Notes: generated by a model not told the origin, from the letters alone. Counted from the stretch's first letter, positions 40,394 through 51,863 are shown. The stretch is 64,000 nucleotides of DNA from Vairimorpha necatrix (GCA_036630325.1 CP142728.1:992001-1056000), one strand, 5' to 3'. Numbers and translations: made by a program.

Positions 40394-41988
40394 ACCCACA
40401 CATGGGATCAATAGGATACCATAACGATGAAGGTCGTAATAGAATACGAAAGTATATTATTTACCTAATTAAAATATTTATAATGTATTGATAACCCTTT
40501 GAACTTAAGCATATCATTAAAAGGAGGAAAAGAAACTAACTAGGATTTCTTTAGTAGCAGCGAGTGAACAAGAAATAACCCTCCATTGTAATCCTTAATT
40601 GGAGTTGTAAATGGTTTATTCTATTAATTATATTTATAGAGAATATTATATTCGTTATTAATAGAATAGAATAATGTACTTGAGTAGAGCTGCTTGGTAG
40701 TGCAGTTTGAATGAAGGTAGAATGAAATATCTAAGGTTAAATATAATGGTATACCGATAGAAAATAAGTACTGCGAAGGAACTTGTGAAAATGTGTGGAG
40801 TTTAGCCTTATTTTTAAGGACCCGTCTTGAAACACGGACCAAGGAGATTATAATTATAGCAAGATAAAAATTAAATTTTTTAATCTTTATTAACTTGATT
40901 AGTTATAATTATAAGACCCGAAACACAGTGAACTATACATGTTCTGGTTGAAGATAAGCAACAGTTTATTGGAAGACCATAATCATTCTGACGTGCAAAT
41001 CGATGATTTAAGATGTGTATAGTGGCGAAAGACCAATCGAACTGTGTGGTAGCTGGTTCACAGCGAAATGTCTCTCAGGACAGCAGTTATTATTATATAG
41101 GACATAGATGTAGGACACTGTTATAGTTTTTTTAACTATGAGAAATCTTTAATTCTATGGAATTATATAAATTAAATTTATATAATGAATCTATTGTATA
41201 ACTAGTGGGCACATGATTGTAAGAATGATGTGCAAAAAGGGATGAACCTTATGAAACATTAAATATTCTAAATAGTAGATATTATACCATAAATATGATG
41301 AATACATTGAGACAGTAGGGCGGTTGTTATGGAAGTAGAAATCCGCTAAGAAACGTGTTACAACGTACCTACCGAATGTATTATTGTATAAAATGGAAGA
41401 AGATTACTACTTTTATGAGATGTTTCTAATAAATATTTAGGTAGCTGTGCAATTTGTTTGTATTGAAGTATATATGTGAGTGTATATAGAAGAAACAAAT
41501 GAGCTGATCTTGGAGGCAGTAACAATATATTTGTATAGATATAGACTAGGGTTTTCAATTATTATTGAAGTGAATCGGTGTTATTTATAAAAACAAAAAA
41601 GATTAATAATTCTTTATTAAATTATTATAAGGTAACTTGATAATGACAGTATATTTCAATAAATTTAAGATAAATGAATTAAATTTTATTTTAACTATGG
41701 ATTGTCATGATAAGAAATAGTTAATTATATATACTTGATAAAAATAAAATAATTTTAACCGTACCTATACCGCATCAGGTGTCTTTGTATCATAACAAAT
41801 ATTTTAAATTAAAGTAAGTAAGGGAATTCGGCAAATTAGATCTGTAACTTTGGGATAAAGATTGGCTCTAGCATGCTAGAACTTTTACTATGTAAGGAAT
41901 CTGACTGTTTATTAAAAACATAGCTTTTTGTATTTACAAGAAGTGAATTCTGCCCAGTGCATTTATTGTTAAAGTTGTGTAAGCGAAT

Positions 41989-42041
<53 letters not shown>

Positions 42042-42140
42042 TTAATTGGTGACGCGCATGAATGGAGCAACGAGATTCCTACTGTCCCTACTTACAATTT
42101 TGTGAAACCACGAGACAAGGGAACGGGCTTGTTATTTATC

Positions 42141-42172
<32 letters not shown>

Positions 42173-42607
42173 TTAGTATGTTTTAATAAATATTCGGTAT
42201 ATTGTAGAGAGGTGGGAGAAGTATTGTGAAACCACTAGTATGTTTGAATATTTATTTATTAGAATATATGGGGAGTTTGGCTGGGGCGGTACAGCTGTTA
42301 AAAAGTAACACAGCTGTCCTAAGGTAGATGAATGATGGATGGTAACCATCAGTTTATTATAAGGGAATAAATCTGCTTTACTTTATGCATATGACTGTAT
42401 TTAGTAGGGAAACCTTGGCCTAGCGATCCCAATTACATTCATTATGTATTGGGTGATTGAAAAGTTACCACAGGGATAACTGGCTTGTAGCAGGCAAGCG
42501 ATCATAGCGACTCTGCTTTTTGATTCTTCGATGTCGTCTCTTCTGATCATCGTAGTGTATATGTTACGAAGTGTTGGATTGTTCACCCGGTAATGAGGAA
42601 CGTGAGA

Positions 42608-42649
<42 letters not shown>

Positions 42650-42830
42650 TAAGTATTTTTGAGTGAACTTTGATAGTACGAGAGGAACTCTAAGTGATGA
42701 CCACTGGTAGTGCGATTAACTATTAAGTTATGTTGCTTAGCTACGTCGTTTCGATTAAGGCTGAAGGCCTCTTAAGCCTGAAGCGTAGCTCAAAGATACA
42801 TTTAGGAGAATACTACTCTTTTAAGCAGAA
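40394..42830 (+). rRNA. Large-subunit rRNA with fused 5.8S domain (3' end approximate)
   Basis: GAACTTAAGCATAT, GACCCGTCTTGAAACACGGACCAAG, TAAGGTAGCCAAATGCCTCGTC, sarcin-ricin loop AGTACGAGAGGAAC; no ITS2. Confidence 0.96.
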
Positions 42831-43123
42831 CTGTAAGAATGAAGGTGTATGCCGACATTTTGAGGTTACTGCTTTTTTTGTATGTAAAGTAGGTGTTGTA
42901 TACTATAAGAGAGCGTACTTTATGTCTAGATTTGGTACCCTTACAAGAGAGAGTCTACGTCGCGGAGGGCGGGACCGATGTTTTTTAACTAGGTGCAGAT
43001 CTCTAAGTCTTACCAACCTTCGGCTGCTGGTTGGTAAGTAGGGTCAGCTATACTCTAGGGGTGGGAGACCCATTGCTGGTGAGAAGGACACCGTTAACTT
43101 TCGAGTAATTCTTCATATTTTTA

Positions 43124-43435
43124 ACCTGGGAGAGGTTGGGCATGATACTGAAGCTGTATTGTTCCGCTGAACTGAGTCGTGTTCTTAAATGGTGTATTGA
43201 ACCAGGCGTTGTGTTTTCGTCAGGTCCGCGAAATATGTAGTCAGAGATGACTAAGGATCTGTTACCTACGGGAACAAATTTTTCTCCTACAAGCGAGGCC
43301 GTTGAGGTATGCTGGCGTGTAATCGCAATTATTGATGTTTTTCTTTATTGGTGGAGTTTTTGGTGGCTTGGTGGCTTTTCTTCGTTTTGCTGATTCTGTC
43401 TTTTTTTACAATAAACAATTTTATTTTATTTTTTT
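43124..43435 (+). repeat. Structured repeat module R, copy 1 (most divergent)
   Basis: Homologous to 48956-49268, 51536-51863 and 58887-58986; ends in AATAAA followed by a T-rich tract. Confidence 0.9.
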
Positions 43436-43508
43436 AGTCTTACCAACACCCTATGAAGGGTAAAGCGCAACAAACCAGGAGCAAGCTCAGTAGAGAAAAT
43501 TTTGACGT

Positions 43509-45182
43509 ATGAAGGGTGAGACAAAACAAACCAGGAGCGAGCTCAGTAGAGCAAAAAGTGACCACTTTGGTAGTCCAAACAACAATTTAGATACAGAAAT
43601 GTATTTAAAACAACAAACTAAGCATGTATATGCTAATAAAAGTTTCCCAAGTGTTACTTTCAAAAATGATGGAGAAATGAAATATTTTCTCAAGAAAATC
43701 AAAATTCTCTCAGAAAGAATTAATAAAAATGATATTTTTGACACGTCAAAAAAAGAAAATAACAAAGATCTTATTGATCTTAAAAGATACATATCTAGCA
43801 CAACTGAATTAGTATTGATTCAGCAGACATATTTGGAGCTCTTCCATGACAAGCTAGAAAAACAAAATATCAAATTAAAAAATTTGATTAAAAATAATCT
43901 GATGGATGACAGTAATCAAATTACCGAATCATCCAAAAATAAAATCGAGATAATGATTGAGAATCACTCAAAAGAATGTGTAGAACAAAAGGATAATAAC
44001 TCCGATGTTCCAAATGATACCAGTAGCGAAACCCTTCAGTTAGCTACTGGAAACAATGATATTTCTCAACTAAAAATCATCAATGAAGATGTTTTAATTA
44101 ATGTCAAAAATATCGTGTCTGCTGTCAAAGCAGAAGAGGAAGATCGATTGTCGGAAGATGGCAAAAGAAAATGTATAGGTGTCTCAAATGCGTCTACAAA
44201 TATTGTTATTAATAAAAATATTAAAACAAAAGATGTTAAGCTAGACTTAGCCTCCATTAATAAAAAAGCAGTAGTTAGACATCTGTCAACTATCTCTGCT
44301 ATTATAGCTGGTAAAAGAAAAGCTCCTAAGAATGGAGTAAAACTTTACCATACAAATGAAGACGGATGGACATCTGTCAAACACACATTCAAGCCTAAAG
44401 TCCAGATAGACTTGAAGAAAAACAGAAGTGTCAACCCCACGTATAAATCCAACTTTAATAGATTTAAATCACTTAAAGTAGAAATCGGTGGCAATATAAA
44501 AGTGCCCAAAAATACTATTTATGAAGTTTTAAGGAGAAAATTTATCATTCCTAAAAAAGATCATGAAAAAAGAAGATCACAAAATCGTAAAAAAAATTCT
44601 ACCCCCAAAATGGAGAACAAAAAAGGTGAGAAATCTCAGAAAAAGGGAAGCTCAGTTTTACCAAAGAAAAACTGGGCTGAAGGGCTATCAGACGAAGCTC
44701 TCATGAAAATTATTAAGGGTGGTAGATACATATCTAAATGCAAGTTCAAGTTAGCTCTTGTGTCTGGACTCGGGTTGGAAGGGAAGCCCCAATCTAGAGA
44801 TGCCTGGGCAGCGATGATGGAAGTGCAAAGCAAAGATATTACCCTTATAAAACAATTTAAAGAGTCAGAAGTAGTACTCATGATGATTAGAGAAAACGTG
44901 TGCCAAAAGGTACTTAAAAAAATTAAAGAAAGATTTGTAGGTTCCGACATCTGCGATGATGAAGAATTCTTTGCTGGCTTCTTATCTTTTAATAAATCAA
45001 TTGTTCTTGGAGAACTACTGAGACTCTCCGGAACACATAAAAAGTTTGTACCACTTGTGAAAGCATGTAGGTACATAACTAAAGAATTGAATAAAGAAAG
45101 TCCCGAATACGATTCCTTTATTTACTTAAAAAAAATGATGGGTGAACCTGCCCGAGAATTCAAGGACTTTAATAATGAATAA
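43509..45182 (+). CDS. LINE ORF1 protein (557 aa, basic, no recognisable zinc knuckle)
   Basis: Long ORF directly upstream of and overlapping the APE-RT ORF; paralogue at 49414-51109. Confidence 0.8.
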   Translation: MKGETKQTRSELSRAKSDHFGSPNNNLDTEMYLKQQTKHVYANKSFPSVTFKNDGEMKYFLKKIKILSERINKNDIFDTSKKENNKDLIDLKRYISSTTELVLIQQTYLELFHDKLEKQNIKLKNLIKNNLMDDSNQITESSKNKIEIMIENHSKECVEQKDNNSDVPNDTSSETLQLATGNNDISQLKIINEDVLINVKNIVSAVKAEEEDRLSEDGKRKCIGVSNASTNIVINKNIKTKDVKLDLASINKKAVVRHLSTISAIIAGKRKAPKNGVKLYHTNEDGWTSVKHTFKPKVQIDLKKNRSVNPTYKSNFNRFKSLKVEIGGNIKVPKNTIYEVLRRKFIIPKKDHEKRRSQNRKKNSTPKMENKKGEKSQKKGSSVLPKKNWAEGLSDEALMKIIKGGRYISKCKFKLALVSGLGLEGKPQSRDAWAAMMEVQSKDITLIKQFKESEVVLMMIRENVCQKVLKKIKERFVGSDICDDEEFFAGFLSFNKSIVLGELLRLSGTHKKFVPLVKACRYITKELNKESPEYDSFIYLKKMMGEPAREFKDFNNE

Positions 45183-48100
45183 AGTATCTTTGCTAAAGTC
45201 CTGTTTTTATAGGAAATTATTTTCTTATAACAAAAGCGATATTTTTAAATCTTTAAATAAAAAAATGCATAATCCAATTGGTTATTATAAATTAAAAAAT
45301 ACTTTCAAAACACCAAGGAGACTGAATAGTTTCAAATATTTTTCTATTAGAAAGAATATATGGTGGAAGAAAGTACAAGAAAAATATCGTATTGTCAAGA
45401 TACAAAGAATTCCTTATGGAGTGAAAGATCTCCTCAAAGACTTATGTAAGAAGAAATCTCTTTTGGAGAATTCCATCATTACAGCAAGAAAGTATAGACG
45501 AAGAGACACGTCTTTTACAAAAATAATAGTTGAAAAACTATACGCAAATTCATTGATTAAGACAGTTAAAGCTAAAGGCTTTAAAGTTTTAAATGATAAT
45601 AGAAAAGAACTAGAGAAATCTAGTAAAGTAAATAAAAAGACCAAAGAGAACATAAAACTCTTAAGTCTAAACATTAATCATCTCTCCAATAAGAGAGAAG
45701 AACTTGAGTTTCTTCTTAAGAAGGAGAAGCCAGAAATCATGTGTTTACAGGAAACTTGGAGACAATCTACAAGACCTTTAAAACTTGAAAAATACACTAC
45801 AGTTGAAACACCTAGTGGTGGAAAAAATAAACCAGGATTAATAACTCTGGTTAGAAATAATGGAGCGATCAGATGTTCCAAAAAAGGAACAGACTCAAAT
45901 ATCCTGCAAACCGTAGTTGAGTTTAGTTCCGCAGGCAAATGGATTAAGTATTTAGTCTTAAATGTCTACATACCACAAGACAAGGATCTCAAGAGGGAGA
46001 CCTTGGCCAGATTACTTTCTCTTTTAGAAAAAGAGAATTTCAGAAATAACTATAGTGAGATCATAGTGATGGGAGATATGAATATGCAGAGTTCTAGTCT
46101 CAAGAAAAAACTAAATGTAGTTGGTTTGCCAGTTACAATAAAATATAACAGCAACGATGGTACAAGGATCCTCAAAGATGGTAAAAGATCTAAGAGGAAA
46201 ATTGATACCATCTTTCGACTAAAAAGTAATGATAATGAGAAGATCATTATATCCAAGTCTTGGGTATTAAGTGATCACTTAGTGCTCAAAAGAAAAATTA
46301 AACTTGCCGTTGATAAGATCTCAGATCAACTAGTTTATGATAAGAAGATGCTGGAAAATCTAAAAGTGATTAAAAAGCTTAAAAGGAAGTTGAGTAATCA
46401 ACAATTAAACATGAATAATCTTCCTGAGATTATTCAAAAAGTTTGTACATCGTTAAAGATTTACAGAAAGAAAAAAGTCCATACTGGACTTACAATGAGA
46501 TGGAGATATTTAAAAGTCTTCAAAGAAAGACGTCTAGCAGCAAGAGCTGTTATGAAAAATTACAACGAAATCAACTCAATTAGATTCGAATATCTCAAAA
46601 AGAGAGTAGACGAAACTAAAAAGTTGATTCGCAAAGATAGATCGAAACTTTGGGCTTTAAGAGGAATAAAGCTCTTTAAAAGTAACAGATCCCGAGAATT
46701 CTGGCAATGGCTGAAAAATAGAAGTGTTTCCATTCGTTTGGATCAAGTGGCTCTAATTGACCACAATAAGATTCTTCAGACTTGCCGAGCAAAGAAGCTA
46801 GAAATAGCGAATAAATTTTACGCTGATTTGGCGTCAGAGAATGATATAGATGTCAATGTCTATGATAAAGTAGATCTTGTTGATCTTCCCCCAGAGATAA
46901 CAGATGAAGAATTTCTATCCGCACTGAATAAATGTGGAAATAACAAAGCAGCCGGTCCTGATGAGATTCCAACCGAGCTATACAAACACTTACTGACTAG
47001 AGCAGTAGAAGATAAATTCTTTAAATTCATGCTACATGAATTTAATAAATATATTTGTGGAAATAGTCCTCCTGAATACTGGAGCATGGCAAACATGATT
47101 TGCCTCCACAAAAAAGGAGATGAGACAGATCTAAATAACTATAGGGGAATCTCCTTAATTAACACAATTAGTAAGATCTATCTCAAGATAATAAATGACA
47201 GGTTAACTCAATTTGTCGAAGAACAAGATATACTCTCTAGATACCAAGCAGGATTCCGAGCAGGTGAAGAGTGTATGAATCAGATTACATCTCTACTAGA
47301 AATAGTGAGAAGAAGAGAATTCAGAGGCCTGAACACAATAATGTGTTTTATTGACTTTGAAAAAGCTTATGATAATGTAAGTCATGACTTATTATTTGAG
47401 AAGCTTACAAAACTTAATATCCCATTGTATTTAATCAATACAATAAAGGATATTTATAAATATACCACCATGCGTGTGAAAATTGGTGGTGACACGTCAA
47501 GTGGCTATAGCTACAGAAAAGGAGTGAGACAAGGGTGCCCTTGTTCTCCAATGCTGTTCAATATATTCATCAATGATATTTTTGACGGCATAGAAGGAGT
47601 TTTGATCCCAAGATCAAATACGAGAGTTCCGGGACTGATGTTCGCAGATGATATTGTTGTCTTCGGAAACAACATTGATGATCTTAATAATAAGATCAAT
47701 AGAATTTCTAATTGGGCGGTTAATAACAGAATGAAGATTAACTGCACAAAAAGCGGAGTATTAGAATGGAATGCTCATTCTAACATACAAGAATTCCGAA
47801 GTTTGTATTCTCTCAGTACAGACTTTGGTGTGATTGAAGAAGTCACTGAATACAGATATCTAGGTGTCTTAATTAAAAGAAACACGCTAGAAGAACATTT
47901 GGTCAAAGACGCAGCAATGCGTGGCAAGAAAGCCTTAGACGCCTTGATGCCCAAGTTGATGAATAATAGCATCAACCTTTACTTCAAGGCGATCTTAATC
48001 AAATGTGTACTAGTACCCACACTAATGTATGGTAGTGAACTGTGGGGAATGTCAAGTACAAGAGCAGGTAAGATTGACAGGATCTTGAGAAAATCTATCA

Positions 48101-48867
48101 GAATGATATTCAAAAGAGTATTAGTTCCACTAGATAGAGTAATGGACGAGTTCAGTATCGAACGAATTCATATACAAGCAGCTTTAAGTAGATTTAGAGC
48201 ATACAACAAGTGGAAACACAATAAGACAATCATATCGGATATAATTGCAATAAATCCGAAAGAAAGAAAAACTACCTGGTGTTCAAGAACACAAAGATGG
48301 TTAAAACGATTTGTCGGCGACGAATACGAATCAAGTGATAGTAAATTTATCACTTCAAAAATAATTGATGTACTAAGAAGTCGAAGAACTCTAAATACTT
48401 CCTTAGCTGCATCAATAGCAAACCAATATGACATAAGAAATTCACAAATAAAATATGTCATGAACAAAATAAATAATAGAAAAATTAGAACATATACTAG
48501 ATTGAGATGTAATCTAGTAAAGTGGTCCTCAGCAATAGCATATTCAAAAAGAATACCAATGAGTTATAGAAACAAATGCTTTTTGTGTGATGGACCACAA
48601 GAAAATTTAGAACACTTTCTGCTGGAGTGCGTCTGTTTAACTGACATTAGATCATCTTTTGAAAATAAACTGCCTCTACTGACTTGTTCAAAAACAAATA
48701 TCCGAGATAAAACCAAGCAACTCCTTGGTAATAAAATCGGACTAAAAAATAACCCAGATAAGATAAAAGAACTTTGTTGCACTATAGAGTTCTTAGATAG
48801 AATGGTTGTCTCTAGAAGAATTATGATTAATAACAAACTGAAGGAGATAACGAAACAAAATAATTAA
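45175..48867 (+). CDS. LINE ORF2: APE endonuclease, reverse transcriptase and C-terminal CCHC finger (intact)
   Basis: SLNIN, CLQETW, GDMN, SDH (APE); YRGISL, DFEKAYD, GVRQG, FADD (RT); CFLC...EHFLLEC. First ATG at 45175 overlaps the end of ORF1. Confidence 0.95.
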   Translation: MNKVSLLKSCFYRKLFSYNKSDIFKSLNKKMHNPIGYYKLKNTFKTPRRLNSFKYFSIRKNIWWKKVQEKYRIVKIQRIPYGVKDLLKDLCKKKSLLENSIITARKYRRRDTSFTKIIVEKLYANSLIKTVKAKGFKVLNDNRKELEKSSKVNKKTKENIKLLSLNINHLSNKREELEFLLKKEKPEIMCLQETWRQSTRPLKLEKYTTVETPSGGKNKPGLITLVRNNGAIRCSKKGTDSNILQTVVEFSSAGKWIKYLVLNVYIPQDKDLKRETLARLLSLLEKENFRNNYSEIIVMGDMNMQSSSLKKKLNVVGLPVTIKYNSNDGTRILKDGKRSKRKIDTIFRLKSNDNEKIIISKSWVLSDHLVLKRKIKLAVDKISDQLVYDKKMLENLKVIKKLKRKLSNQQLNMNNLPEIIQKVCTSLKIYRKKKVHTGLTMRWRYLKVFKERRLAARAVMKNYNEINSIRFEYLKKRVDETKKLIRKDRSKLWALRGIKLFKSNRSREFWQWLKNRSVSIRLDQVALIDHNKILQTCRAKKLEIANKFYADLASENDIDVNVYDKVDLVDLPPEITDEEFLSALNKCGNNKAAGPDEIPTELYKHLLTRAVEDKFFKFMLHEFNKYICGNSPPEYWSMANMICLHKKGDETDLNNYRGISLINTISKIYLKIINDRLTQFVEEQDILSRYQAGFRAGEECMNQITSLLEIVRRREFRGLNTIMCFIDFEKAYDNVSHDLLFEKLTKLNIPLYLINTIKDIYKYTTMRVKIGGDTSSGYSYRKGVRQGCPCSPMLFNIFINDIFDGIEGVLIPRSNTRVPGLMFADDIVVFGNNIDDLNNKINRISNWAVNNRMKINCTKSGVLEWNAHSNIQEFRSLYSLSTDFGVIEEVTEYRYLGVLIKRNTLEEHLVKDAAMRGKKALDALMPKLMNNSINLYFKAILIKCVLVPTLMYGSELWGMSSTRAGKIDRILRKSIRMIFKRVLVPLDRVMDEFSIERIHIQAALSRFRAYNKWKHNKTIISDIIAINPKERKTTWCSRTQRWLKRFVGDEYESSDSKFITSKIIDVLRSRRTLNTSLAASIANQYDIRNSQIKYVMNKINNRKIRTYTRLRCNLVKWSSAIAYSKRIPMSYRNKCFLCDGPQENLEHFLLECVCLTDIRSSFENKLPLLTCSKTNIRDKTKQLLGNKIGLKNNPDKIKELCCTIEFLDRMVVSRRIMINNKLKEITKQNN

Positions 48868-48955
48868 TATAGCTTAATTAAAAAAAATGAAGATCTAGAA
48901 TTAGAAGAAAGAAGTGTTATATTATTAACAAAAAGACTTATATTTATTTATATTT

Positions 48956-49268
48956 GACCTGGGAGAGGTCGGGCATGATACTGATGCTGTATTGTTCCGC
49001 TGAACTGAGTCGTGTTCTTAAATGGTGTATTGAGCCAGGCGTTTTCGTTTTTCATCAGACCCATGAAAGTGGGTCTCTAGTCATATTATGACTAAGGATG
49101 TATCCTATGGGAACAAACTTTTCTCCTACAAGCGAGGCCGTTAAGGTATGCTGGCGTGTAAACGCAATTATTGATGATTTTCTGGTTGGTGGAGTTTTTG
49201 GTGGCTTGGTGGCTTTTCTTCGTTTTGCTGATTCTGTCTTTTTACAATAAACATTTTTATTTTATTTT
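48956..49268 (+). repeat. Structured repeat module R, copy 2
   Basis: Direct repeat of R, 88 nt after the ORF2 stop. Confidence 0.92.
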
Positions 49269-51532
49269 AAGCTCAGTAGAGCAAAAAGTGACCACTTTGG
49301 TGGTCCAAACAACAATTTAGATACAGAAATGTATTTAAAACAACAAACTAAGCATGTATATGCTAATAAAAGTTTCATAAGTGTTACTTTCAAAAATGAT
49401 GGAGAAATGAAATATGAAGGGTAAAGCGCAACAAACCAGGAGCAAGCTCAGTAGAGCAAAAAGTGACCACTTTGGTGGTCCAAACAACAATTTAGATACA
49501 GAACTGTATTTAAAACAACAAACTAAGCATGTATATGCTAATAAAAGTTTCCCAAGTGTTACTTTCAAAAATGATGGAGAAATGAAATATTTTCTCAAGA
49601 AAATCAAAATTCTCTCAGAAAGAATTAATAAAAACGATATTTTTGACACGTCAAAAAAAAGAAAATAACAAAGATCTTCTTGATATTAAAAGATACATAT
49701 CTAGCACTACTGAATTAGTATTGATTCAGCAGACATATTTGGAGCTCTTCCATGATAAGCTAGAAAAACAAAATATCAAATTAAAAAATTTGAAAAAAAA
49801 TAATCTGATGGATGACAGTAATCAAATTACAGAATCAACAAAAAATAAAATTGAGATGATGATAGAGAATCACTCAAAAGAATGTGTAGAACAAAAGGAT
49901 AATAACTCCGATGTTCCAAATGATACCAGTAGCGAAACCCTTCAGTTAGCTACTGGAAACAATGATATTTCTAAATTAGAAATCATCAATGAAGATGTTT
50001 TAATTAATGTCAAAAATCTCCCATCTGCTGTCATAAATCTCGACACTGCTGTCAAAGTAGAGGAACAAGATAAATTGTCAGAAGATGGCAAAAGAAAATG
50101 TATAGATGTTTCAAAGGCATCTACAGATATTATAATTAATAAAAATATTAAACCAAAAGATGGTAAGCTAGATATAGCTTCCATTAACAAAAAAGCAGTA
50201 GTTAGACATCTGTCAACTATCTCTGCTATTATAGCTGGTAAAAGAAAAGCTCCTAAGAATGGAGTCAAGCTTTTCCATATAAACGAAGACGGATGGACAT
50301 CTGTCAAACACACATTCAAGCCTAAAGTCCAGATAGACTTGAAGAAAAACAGAAGTGGTAAAACCACAGATAAAACCAACTTTAATAGATTTAAATCACT
50401 TAAAGTAGAAACTGGTGGCAATGTAAAAGTGCCTAAAAAGATTAATCATGAAGCTGTAAAGAGAAAAGATATCATTCCTAAAAGAGATCATGAAAAAAGA
50501 AGATTACTAAATCAGAAAATAAATTTTACAAAAAAAACGAAGGACAGAAAAAATGAGAAATGTCAACAAAAAAGAAGGCCAGTTTTACCAAAGAAAAACT
50601 GGGCCAAAGAGCTAACTGAAGAAGCTCTTATGAAAATTATAAAGGATGGTAGAATTATTTCCAAATGTAAGTTTAGGCTAGCTCTTGCTTCTGGACTCGG
50701 ATTGAAAGGGAAACCTCAATCTAGAGACGCTTGGGCAGCCTTAGCTGATGTGGAAAATAAAGATATACCACTTATAAAACAATTTAAAGACTCGGAAGTA
50801 GTACTTCTGATGATTAGAGAACACGTGTGCCAAAAGGTACTAAGCAAAATTAAAGAAAAGTTCGTAGGTTCTAATATCTGTGAGGAAGTTAATTTCTTCA
50901 TCGACTTTTTGTCTTTAACAAAAACAACTGTTCTAGGAGAACTACAAAGACTCTCTCGAACGCATAAAAACTTTGTACCACTTGTTAAAGCATGTAGGTA
51001 CATAACTAAAGAATTAAATAAAGAAAAGCAAAACCATGGATATTTCATTTATTTAGAAAATATGATGGGTGAGCCTGCCCGAGAATCTAAGGACTTTAAC
51101 AATGAATAAAGTATCTTTGTTAAAGTCCTGTTATTATAGGAAATTATTTTCCTATAACAAGAGTGATATTTTCAAATCTCTAAATAAAAAACGCATAATC
51201 CAATTGGATTTACTCAGATTAAAAATACTTTCCAAACGACAACGAGATTGAATAGTCTCAAGTATTTTTTCATTAGAAAGAATATGTGGTGGAAGAAAGT
51301 ACAAGAACAATATTGTATTGTCAAGATACAAAGAATTCCTTATGGAGTGAAAGATCTCCTCAAAGACTTATGTAAGAAGAACTCTCTTTTGGAGAATTCC
51401 ATTATTACAGCAAGAAAGTATAGACGAAGAGACACGTCTTTTACAAAAATAATAGTTGAAAAACTATACGCAAATTTATTGATTAAGACAGTTAAAGCTA
51501 AAGGCTTTAAAGTTTTAAATGATAATAGAAAA
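49269..51532 (+). mobile_element. Second LINE copy: frameshifted ORF1 plus the first ~430 nt of ORF2, then joined to R
   Basis: ORFs 49414-49668, 49643-51109 and 51069-51583 are paralogous to copy 1; the ORF2 sequence breaks at ...GATAATAGAAAA|TTTGACCTGGG. Confidence 0.92.
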
Positions 51533-51535
51533 TTT

Positions 51536-51863
51536 GACCTGGGAGAGGTCGGGCATGATACTGATGCTGTATTGTTCCGCTGAACTGAGTCGTGTTCTTA
51601 AATGGTGTATTGAGCCAGGCGTTTTTGTTTTTCATCAGACCCATGAAAGTGGGTCTCTAGTCATATTATGACTAAGGATGTATCCTATGGGAACAAACTT
51701 TACTCCTACAAGCGAGGCTGTTAAGGTATGCTGGCTGTAAGCGCACTTATTGATGATTTTTTCTTTATTAGTGGAGTTTTTGGTGGCTTGGAGGCTTTTC
51801 TTCGTTTTGCTGATTCTGTCTTTTTTACAATAAACAATTTTATTTTAATTTTATTTTTTTTTT
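51536..51863 (+). repeat. Structured repeat module R, copy 3
   Basis: Near-identical to copy 2. Confidence 0.92.

Noticed and set aside
42010-42040. R2-type insertion in the LSU
   Set aside because: The target TTAAGGTAGCCAAATG is intact; the LINE lies outside the rRNA.
39448-43041. Short ORFs overlapping the rDNA
   Set aside because: Incidental frames within rRNA genes.
42830-43435. 5S rRNA or SRP RNA downstream of the LSU
   Set aside because: Only short chance-level resemblances; I could not build the expected structure by eye.
49036-49080. Hammerhead ribozyme on the minus strand of R (hairpin-CTGATGA-AAAAC-GAAA)
   Set aside because: No stem II, no matching stem III or NUH site, and the GAAA spacing is not kept in R1 or R3.
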